A DNA stretch of 57,812 nt from a virus: IMG/VR virus record IMGVR_UViG_3300028964_000004. The stretch is one strand, 5' to 3'. The stretch's first letter is position 1; each line of letters starts with the position of its first letter. The notes beneath the pieces were generated by a model. That model did no database searches. It had not been told where the DNA came from and worked only from the letters and a program-made list of their open reading frames with translations. Of the stretch, positions 9,950 through 16,644 are shown piece after piece. The position numbers and the translations under genes were made by a program.

Positions 9950-9957
9950 TATATTTG
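9950..9957 (+). promoter_or_regulatory. -7 promoter box TATATTTG upstream of hicA
   Basis: Exact TAnnTTTG match 14 nt upstream of the hicA ATG. Confidence 0.45.
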
Positions 9958-9970
9958 TACCCGTAAACAA

Positions 9971-10168
9971 ATGCTCTTTGAAATGAAAACAACAGAGTTC
10001 TTAAAGAAGGCTGCAAAGATAGGCTGCTATTTCGTGAGTCACGGCAAAGAACACGACGTATGGTACAGCCCGAAAACGGGAAAATACTTCCGAGTGGGCA
10101 GGCATGGTTCGCAAGAAATAAAAGGCGGCACTCTTAACAGCATGATGAAAGATGCGGGTCTTAAATGA
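9971..10168 (+). CDS. hicA: HicA-family mRNA interferase toxin
   Basis: 65 aa. Contains ...SHGKEHDVWYSP...GRHGSQEIKGGTLNSMMKDAGLK, a typical HicA/YcfA signature. It is followed by hicB. Confidence 0.8.
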   Translation: MLFEMKTTEFLKKAAKIGCYFVSHGKEHDVWYSPKTGKYFRVGRHGSQEIKGGTLNSMMKDAGLK

Positions 10169-10208
10169 CCCGCACATTTGTTTACCGGAATTATAAAATA
10201 AATGGAAT

Positions 10209-10613
10209 ATGAAAACGGTTGCTATTGTTGAAATGTGGGACGACAAGACAATAAGTGTCTATGTTCCGGAATTTGACGGTTTTAACTTGAACGGTCAAGG
10301 GAAAAGCGTTGATGAAGCAAAACGATCACTACATGAATGTATTGATGACTATATTACCATGCTTAAAGAGCAAGGTAATGAAGTGCCAGGGGAACTGAAG
10401 AATGTAGAGTTTGAGTATAAGTATGATATAGCTTCATTCTTTGATAATTTCAAGTTTATAAGCGTATCTACTTTCGCAAAGTATGCAGGCATTAATCCCT
10501 CTTTGATGCGCCAGTACAAGCAGAGGATAGCGTTTGCTTCCGAAGCACAAAAAGCTAAGATAGAGGAAGCAATACACAGGGCAGCGAGAGAAATGCTGGC
10601 GGTACAACTTTAA
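10209..10613 (+). CDS. hicB: HicB-family antitoxin with C-terminal DNA-binding-like region
   Basis: 134 aa. The N-terminus MKTVAIVEMWDDKTISVYVPEFDGFNLNGQGKSVDEAKRSLHECIDDYI matches the HicB/UPF0150 pattern. It is adjacent to hicA. Confidence 0.75.
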   Translation: MKTVAIVEMWDDKTISVYVPEFDGFNLNGQGKSVDEAKRSLHECIDDYITMLKEQGNEVPGELKNVEFEYKYDIASFFDNFKFISVSTFAKYAGINPSLMRQYKQRIAFASEAQKAKIEEAIHRAAREMLAVQL

Positions 10614-10657
10614 TTTCGGCATTTGTTTACACGAGACCTCTTTGGAGGCATATTCAA

Positions 10658-10689
10658 GGCGATGGAATTTAGGTTCCATTGCCTTTTTT
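10658..10689 (+). terminator. Rho-independent terminator after hicB
   Basis: GGCGATGGAA pairs with TTCCATTGCC (10-bp stem, one G-T pair), 6-nt loop, then TTTTTT. Confidence 0.6.
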
Positions 10690-10710
10690 ATCAGTTAACA
10701 GATAAGATAT

Positions 10711-10738
10711 AAAAAAAAGGCCGGGATTGCTCCCAGCC
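10711..10738 (-). terminator. Rho-independent terminator for the convergent minus-strand genes
   Basis: The minus strand reads GGCTGGGAGCAATCCCGGCC followed by T8. Confidence 0.55.
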
Positions 10739-10794
10739 AAATAAAAAGTGTTTCTTAGGAAATTATAATTAAATAGAGATCCTATAAAAGTTCC

Positions 10795-11487
10795 CTACCA
10801 AGCATCATCTTCATTTCCTGCCAAACCATTTTTTACAGCTTCTTCTATTTTATCCATAATAACATTAGAATACGCATGCGCCATTACCAATGCTTTAGAT
10901 GATGTTTTTTTAGCCTTATGCTTATCCTTATCTATAAATGGAAAACATGTCTCAAGCCCCCATTTCTCAATCCTCTTTTCTGGTCTCTGTGTCCCATCTG
11001 AAAATGCAGCTATAATTCCCCCTCCTATAACTTTTTCTATATTATAATATTGTAGAGTATAAGTTATACGAATCTTACCATCTTTTATATCTACTTTTAT
11101 AATTGGAGTAATATTAACTTTATATGAACTCATTCCTCCTAAATGCGCAGCAATATCCGGAACATATCCTTTACCAATAATAACGCCAGCCTCTCTATCA
11201 TTTAATTTTATAACAGCATTCGCATCATTAAATGACTCTGTAAACCAGTGATTCAATATAACATACAAATCATCCTTGGTTCTATTACCACACTCTACGA
11301 CTTGAGTATAGGTTAAAGACTGATTTTTATCTAAGGCGAGAGTTGATCCCAAATTTTCAGCTGCTTCCACCCAATTATCACCATAATTTTCTTTAGCATA
11401 TTTTTCCAACTCTTCTGTTCTCATAACTTGAGCTTGTAATGAAACCGAAAATGTAACCGTTAACAATAAGAATAAAATCCTTTTCAT
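10795..11487 (-). CDS. Secreted protein with signal peptide (DUF4468-like by recollection)
   Basis: N-terminus MKRILFLLLTVTFSVSLQAQ. The body resembles Bacteroides DUF4468-type proteins. It sits in the accessory island. Confidence 0.6.
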   Translation of the reverse strand: MKRILFLLLTVTFSVSLQAQVMRTEELEKYAKENYGDNWVEAAENLGSTLALDKNQSLTYTQVVECGNRTKDDLYVILNHWFTESFNDANAVIKLNDREAGVIIGKGYVPDIAAHLGGMSSYKVNITPIIKVDIKDGKIRITYTLQYYNIEKVIGGGIIAAFSDGTQRPEKRIEKWGLETCFPFIDKDKHKAKKTSSKALVMAHAYSNVIMDKIEEAVKNGLAGNEDDAW

Positions 11488-11512
11488 AATTTGAAAATAT
11501 TAAATTATCTGA

Positions 11513-12916
11513 TTAGTATCGTTTGTATTGTTCAGATACTTGATACTCTTTACCTTCATAGGTAAAGGTCCAAGAGAATATAGGAAGATAAACATATCTC
11601 ATCTGACCACCAAGATTTGTTGATTGTCCCGCCTTAAGAGAGCCCAGTTTAGAGGCTTCGTCAGTGTATAATACGATGCTTCCGGTTGATCCATCTTTTA
11701 CCTCAAACTTAGTAAGAGATATTTCTTTAGAGCTTGTATTCGTAATATGGCAATACAAAGAACCAGTTATATAACCATTAATAATAACAAGTCCTGCTCC
11801 TGATCCCCCAGAAATATTTAAATTAATAAAGTCTGTAATTTCAGCAGATGTCACTTCGCAAGTAGCGGTATGACCGCCATCTTCTGTCGTTATTGTAATT
11901 GTAGATGTGCCTTTTTGTAATGCTGTAACTTTCCCGCTATTATCTACAGAAACAACATTAGGTGCAGAACTACTAAATTTTACATTTTTATTCTCCGCAT
12001 TTTCAGGTAAAATAGAATATGCCAATGTATAGCTTTCTCCATTCAGAATCTTAACTGAAGATTCTGTAAACTGGACTCCTTTTACTGAAGAAGGCAAAAC
12101 ATTCACAGTACACTGCGCTTTAAAATTCCCATCATTAGTAGTGGCAATTATGTTACATGTACCTTTTGCCAATGCAGTCACCAATCCGTCTTCTACCTTT
12201 GCAATATTAGGATCGCTGGAAGACCATTTAATACTTTTGTCCTTTGCATTTTCAGGAGATACAGTAGCTGTCAGAGTAAATGACTCGCCGGCTTCAATAG
12301 ATTTAGTTGTTTCATTCAATGTAACTCCTGTAACCTTAATAGGATTCACTTTAACAACACATTTGGCGGAGGTATCACTTCCTTTGACTTTGACTGTAAT
12401 AGTACATTCACCATCGGAAACGGCTGTAACCTCGCCATCTGCATTAACCGTTGCTATAGTTTTATCCGAAGACTCCCATTCCACTTCTTTGTTGGTAGTA
12501 TTTTCAGGTTCTATCGTATACTCCAAACGGAATGATTCACCAGTAGTCATCGTCTTTTCATTCTCAGATAGTTTGATACCCGTTGCCTCAATTGGAGTTA
12601 CAGTAATCTTACATATATCTTTTAACCCTAAATTAAAGGAAGATACTGATATAGTTGCTTCTCCAACGGCTTTGCCATAAACAACTCCATTTTCAACAGT
12701 TGCAATTGTTTCATCAGAAGAATTCCATTCATATTCGGGAGCGGGTAAATCTGCTGGCGAATGGCTGACAGTAAGAGTTATTTTCTCACCAATCTTTACT
12801 GAAGCTTCACTTTTAGAAATTTCGATAGATTGTACAACAGGTTTGTCATCATCACCGCAAGAAGATAATGACAGAACAGAAACAATAGATAGTAACAATA
12901 AAATAGTTCGTTTCAT
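11513..12916 (-). CDS. Lipoprotein with about four tandem Big_2 (bacterial Ig-like) domains and a C-terminal beta-rich domain
   Basis: Lipobox in MKRTILLLLSIVSVLSLSSCGDD. Repeated ...IATV..G.VTA...G...I... units recur roughly every 90 aa. Confidence 0.8.
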   Translation of the reverse strand: MKRTILLLLSIVSVLSLSSCGDDDKPVVQSIEISKSEASVKIGEKITLTVSHSPADLPAPEYEWNSSDETIATVENGVVYGKAVGEATISVSSFNLGLKDICKITVTPIEATGIKLSENEKTMTTGESFRLEYTIEPENTTNKEVEWESSDKTIATVNADGEVTAVSDGECTITVKVKGSDTSAKCVVKVNPIKVTGVTLNETTKSIEAGESFTLTATVSPENAKDKSIKWSSSDPNIAKVEDGLVTALAKGTCNIIATTNDGNFKAQCTVNVLPSSVKGVQFTESSVKILNGESYTLAYSILPENAENKNVKFSSSAPNVVSVDNSGKVTALQKGTSTITITTEDGGHTATCEVTSAEITDFINLNISGGSGAGLVIINGYITGSLYCHITNTSSKEISLTKFEVKDGSTGSIVLYTDEASKLGSLKAGQSTNLGGQMRYVYLPIFSWTFTYEGKEYQVSEQYKRY

Positions 12917-13019
12917 GAATATAACATTTTAATATTAAAAAATATTGTGCAAAATAATTAAATAGATACATACTGACCAAATTTTACCATAATTATTTTT
13001 TGTATTCAACTAAAATATC

Positions 13020-13027
13020 TATATTTG
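13020..13027 (+). promoter_or_regulatory. -7 promoter box TATATTTG for the BRO antirepressor operon
   Basis: Exact TAnnTTTG match. A TTTG lies about 17 nt upstream. Confidence 0.45.
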
Positions 13028-13029
13028 CA

Positions 13030-13211
13030 ATGTCAACAACTTATAGGAGCGGCAAACTCCTATGGCTTCCATTGGGAGTTATTTTTTTTGCCAAAACATA
13101 TTGTAGTAGTATTATTTAAGATATTGCGCACGAACGGTGGGGTAACAGAAATGTCCCCAAACTAAATTCCTATGAGTTTGTTGACAGCCGTGAACGTGCG
13201 CTTTTTTTGTT
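13030..13211 (+). promoter_or_regulatory. Structured 5' leader with mutually exclusive hairpins, two terminator-like elements and three TGTCAACAA boxes
   Basis: Stem A is 13043..13049 with 13057..13063. Stem B is 13055..13060 with 13075..13080, followed by T8. GCGCACG (13126..13132) pairs with CGTGCGC (13195..13201), followed by T7. TGTCAACAA occurs at 13031, inverted at 13178, and at 13213. Confidence 0.5.
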
Positions 13212-14081
13212 ATGTCAACAAACTCGATTCAAGTCCTAAAACAAACAGAATTGCTTGGACGCCAATTCACCGTTTACGGAACAGCCGAAAATCCGTTATT
13301 CCTTGCCAAAGATGTAGCAGAGTGTATAGACTATGCAAAGCGAAGTAATGGTAGTTATAACACTACTATGATGTTACAATCAGTAGATGAAGAAGAAAAG
13401 GTTGCCAACATTGTTGACACCCTCGGTGGAAATCAGCAAGTTTGGTTCTTAACCGAGGACGGTTTATATGAAGTCCTCATGCAATCCCGTAAACCGATCG
13501 CCAAACAATTCAAAAAGGGAGTAAAACAAATCCTTCACGAAGTACGAACTACTGGCGGCTACATTGCCACCCATCAAGACGACACTCCCGAGGAAATCAT
13601 GGCACGTGCCCTAACCATCGCACAAGCCACTCTTTCCAAAAGAGAGGAACGCCTAAAACAGCTCGAAGCCCAAACCGAGCAGCAGCAAGCCACCATCAAG
13701 ATTCAGACAGAGGAAATCAAGCAAGCAGCCCCGAAAGTCAGCTACTACGATAATCATTTGCAATCGGTCAACACGCTTACCTCCACACAGGTGGCTAAGC
13801 AAATCGGAATGGATGCGGAGAAGCTTCACAGGAAAATGAAAGAAATAGGTATCCTTTACAAACAGTCCGGGCAATGGATATTACATGCTCCTTATTCCAC
13901 TTGGGGATTACATTCTACCCGTACACAGACGCACACACGTTCTGACGGTTCGACAGGAACAAGTGTATATACAGTATGGACTACCAAAGGTGTGCGTTTC
14001 ATCATTGCCCTATATGAAAATGAATGGAACGTGAAGAAAGCCATCAAGCAGATAAAGAGTGAGGTGAATCCAGCCGCCTAA
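13212..14081 (+). CDS. Antirepressor: BRO-N domain plus KilAC-type C-terminal domain
   Basis: The segment FTVYGTAENPLFLAKDVAECIDY...WFLTEDGLYEVLMQSRKPIAKQFKKGVKQILHEVRTTGG is typical of BRO-N. The C-terminal half is KilAC-like. Confidence 0.75.
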   Translation: MSTNSIQVLKQTELLGRQFTVYGTAENPLFLAKDVAECIDYAKRSNGSYNTTMMLQSVDEEEKVANIVDTLGGNQQVWFLTEDGLYEVLMQSRKPIAKQFKKGVKQILHEVRTTGGYIATHQDDTPEEIMARALTIAQATLSKREERLKQLEAQTEQQQATIKIQTEEIKQAAPKVSYYDNHLQSVNTLTSTQVAKQIGMDAEKLHRKMKEIGILYKQSGQWILHAPYSTWGLHSTRTQTHTRSDGSTGTSVYTVWTTKGVRFIIALYENEWNVKKAIKQIKSEVNPAA

Positions 14082-14369
14082 TCTATTACATAACTATCAG
14101 CGGTCGGTTTAAATGCCCGACAGCCACAACTATATTCCAAAATTATGATAGAGATTATATTAATATTGGTTTGTCTGTACACAGGTTACAGGCTCACACG
14201 GAAGAAAGGAGAATCATTCTTCTACAACGATTGATTATATATAACGCTTCGACTACCAATCAGGCGAACATCTCTGTTAGGGGATGAACACCCCGGGAGC
14301 AATACGGCTCCCGGGATCTCGATGAAGGAAACGAAATTAATCTAAATGAAATTCTAAATAAAAAGCTAT

Positions 14370-14558
14370 ATGGAAACTTCAAAATATACCAATATGGACA
14401 TGGTATTGCTGAGCCGTGTCGTATCACTTACCGACGATATCCTTAGAATGCACAAGGAACTCAATGAACTCAAACTTATCCTCAATGAACGGACAAAGCA
14501 GGCTGAAACAAAAAGCAGACGCAATGTGTTCATGAAAATAGAGAAAAAAGGACGGTAG
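14370..14558 (+). CDS. Small coiled-coil protein, paralog of 36957..37121
   Basis: The two ORFs share the pattern L..LTD....(H/R)KELNELK...LNER...MKIEK. Confidence 0.5.
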   Translation: METSKYTNMDMVLLSRVVSLTDDILRMHKELNELKLILNERTKQAETKSRRNVFMKIEKKGR

Positions 14559-14568
14559 ATATGATGAA

Positions 14569-14600
14569 GGGAGAGCAAAACACACTCTCCCTTTATTTAT
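14569..14600 (+). terminator. Rho-independent terminator
   Basis: GGGAGAG pairs with CTCTCCC (7-bp stem), 9-nt loop, then TTTATTTAT. Confidence 0.55.
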
Positions 14601-14632
14601 AGAATCTTAAAAATAGAACCAAATTTTGGCAC

Positions 14633-14684
14633 TTAGTCAGAAAAATCACGGAAGTTATAATTTTACCACATGAAAAATAGAACA
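14633..14684 (+). repeat. 52-bp dispersed repeat, copy A (49/52 identical to 40130..40181)
   Basis: Base-by-base comparison shows 18 identical, 3 different (gaa vs tgg) and 31 identical positions. Confidence 0.85.
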
Positions 14685-14694
14685 AAAAGGCAGC

Positions 14695-14946
14695 TTACTC
14701 GGCTGCCTTATCCATTTTTTCTATTACCTCCCTAAACCTGTAAAACTGATCAATGCACGGATAGTATGTAGGGTTTTCCCACTGGGCCCCGATCATCATT
14801 GTCATAGACTCAATATAGTATTTGCAGTCTACTATCTTGGAGGCTTTATCCAATTGGATTTCATTCGGATATTTCCCAGAAACAAGCAATTGCTTTCCCC
14901 AGTTGATCAGTTCTGTTATGTTTGAAAGCCTATACTTCTCTTCCAT
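14695..14946 (-). CDS. Hypothetical protein, 83 aa, last gene of the HEPN/SecB-like operon
   Basis: ORF track. It directly abuts the SecB-like gene stop (14947). Confidence 0.6.
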   Translation of the reverse strand: MEEKYRLSNITELINWGKQLLVSGKYPNEIQLDKASKIVDCKYYIESMTMMIGAQWENPTYYPCIDQFYRFREVIEKMDKAAE

Positions 14947-15372
14947 TTATTCTTTTACCTCTTTTATATTTTGGGCAAGTTTTTCCCCCATACTAGTCAA
15001 GTTTAAAGTTGGAAGTAATACGGTACCACATCCGGATAAGGATGTTAGCATTGAAATATACCCTCGTATATAAGGAAATATAATTGCAGGAGCATTCATC
15101 GTAAAAAATGCTCCTAATCTTTCCATAGGAATACTCTCTCTAAATAGAAAATAAGCATCTATTATTAACTTAGCGTAAAAAAGTTCTTTCTCATCCTTAA
15201 CTTCCAATTCTAGCGTCAAAGTAAACTTATCTTTCCTCTTTATTCCACTAGGATTTATGTCAATGGATAAGGTATTATCTTTTTCAATTCCACCTTTTAT
15301 TTTTAATGAAGACTCTTTTATTAGATAATTATCTAATCTAAAATCTGATTTATAAACTTCAACTTCTTTCAT
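14947..15372 (-). CDS. SecB-like chaperone
   Basis: NAPAIIFPYIRGYISMLTSLSGCGTVLLPTLNL aligns with E. coli SecB [32 protein letters not shown]. The N-terminal beta-strand pattern is also similar. Confidence 0.75.
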   Translation of the reverse strand: MKEVEVYKSDFRLDNYLIKESSLKIKGGIEKDNTLSIDINPSGIKRKDKFTLTLELEVKDEKELFYAKLIIDAYFLFRESIPMERLGAFFTMNAPAIIFPYIRGYISMLTSLSGCGTVLLPTLNLTSMGEKLAQNIKEVKE

Positions 15373-15375
15373 ATT

Positions 15376-15747
15376 TTATGCTGCTAAAGCGTAATTTTCC
15401 CCTTGTAACCAACAATCCAAACGTATATAAAATACTTCTTCATTGTTAGTTTCATATCGTACAGGATTATCATATCCTACCTCTAAAAGTATTTGGTCAA
15501 CTTTACACAACCCATCATCTGATACAAAAATTATATCATAATCATTGTGCAAGCACTCAAATTCTTTACAGAAAACCAGTTCATGGTAGGCATATTCTTC
15601 ATTGTCTCTAAATTCTGACAATGGTTCAACTTCAACAATATAAGTATGATGGTTTGAAAAAGCATAACCACATTTAAATTTTAAAATGGGAAACTTTTCA
15701 TTCATTTTGTTCAAAAATGACTTGATTTTTTGTATTCTTTCATCCAT
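15376..15747 (-). CDS. Acidic hypothetical protein, 123 aa, ending in the SsrA-tag-like GENYALAA; candidate labile antitoxin
   Basis: Hand translation of 15379..15411 gives W L Q G E N Y A L A A, then stop. It lies between the HEPN and SecB-like genes with 2-3 nt spacers. Confidence 0.65.
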   Translation of the reverse strand: MDERIQKIKSFLNKMNEKFPILKFKCGYAFSNHHTYIVEVEPLSEFRDNEEYAYHELVFCKEFECLHNDYDIIFVSDDGLCKVDQILLEVGYDNPVRYETNNEEVFYIRLDCWLQGENYALAA

Positions 15748-15749
15748 AA

Positions 15750-16154
15750 TTATATTGAATTTAATTTTTGTCTTATTTCCTTCGCCAATTTAATACAAGC
15801 TTCACTTGCTTCCCTCGAAATCCTTTCCTCTTTATAATCGGAAGACTCTCTTTTTTCCTTTAATTGCTTAACTCCATTACGATAATCTTGTTCATCCCTA
15901 CACTTGTCAAATTTCAGACGTTTACATGTTTCTTCTATTAAACATTTATGTGAATGCCCAAAATACTTAGTACTACATAAACTGGCTTGATCTGACAGAG
16001 ACATTCCTTTTTTAATTAATTTATGACTCATTAATTGTAAACATGAATAATATGCAGGATGACATACTGAATCATAAAGGCAATGATTATACAATTTTTC
16101 AGCTGCATCTATATTTAAATCAGATTTTTCGTATAATTCATTCATGTTTATCAT
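15750..16154 (-). CDS. HEPN-domain protein (candidate toxin)
   Basis: 134 aa and all-helical. The pattern NIDAAEKLY..., HPAYYSCLQLMSHKL..., GHSHKCL..., LKEKRESSDY matches the HEPN (PF05168-like) layout. Confidence 0.6.
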   Translation of the reverse strand: MINMNELYEKSDLNIDAAEKLYNHCLYDSVCHPAYYSCLQLMSHKLIKKGMSLSDQASLCSTKYFGHSHKCLIEETCKRLKFDKCRDEQDYRNGVKQLKEKRESSDYKEERISREASEACIKLAKEIRQKLNSI

Positions 16155-16197
16155 CTAATTTTAAACTCACAAAAACGGAAATATCCATCTAATAAAT

Positions 16198-16350
16198 TTA
16201 TGCATTAATTTTTATAGTGCAGTCCTTTTTATTGCGTAATTTTTCCTGCTGAGATAATTTCCTATCTCTCAGCTTATTTACAAAGTCTAATAGTCCTTTG
16301 GAAGGATTCTCTATTACCAATGTTTTTTGTGTATAGGTAGAAGCTTTCAT
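16198..16350 (-). CDS. Possible small ORF, 50 aa (MKASTYTQKTLVIENPSKGLLDFVNKLRDRKL...), first gene of the HEPN operon
   Basis: Hand translation. It is below the ORF-track cutoff. It sits about 45 nt downstream of a -7 box. Confidence 0.3.
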   Translation of the reverse strand: MKASTYTQKTLVIENPSKGLLDFVNKLRDRKLSQQEKLRNKKDCTIKINA

Positions 16351-16394
16351 AATCTATAAATATAATTACGCTACATTGTAGTGTTATTATGTTG

Positions 16395-16402
16395 CAAATA
16401 TA
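16395..16402 (-). promoter_or_regulatory. -7 promoter box TATATTTG for the HEPN/SecB-like operon
   Basis: Plus strand reads caaatata. Confidence 0.45.
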
Positions 16403-16409
16403 AGCAATC

Positions 16410-16422
16410 AGTCAGTATCTCA
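16410..16422 (-). promoter_or_regulatory. Inverted copy of the TGAGATACTGACT motif core
   Basis: Plus strand reads agtcagtatctca. It lies 8 nt upstream of the -7 box on the minus strand. Confidence 0.4.
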
Positions 16423-16644
16423 CGCTAAATCATCACTATTTTTACCACCAAAGCTATGTTTTTAACTAATATCAACATGATTATCAGCTAAATCACATCT
16501 ATTATCATATAGAACAGAACTAATAAGAGGAAGGTTCATAAGGGGCCGGAACTTCTTACGTGAACCGGCTCAGAAAGCGTGTAAAGGGATATATCCTATT
16601 TATACGTTTCCTGAGAGTAAAGAGAGAACCGGCAGATCAAACAA

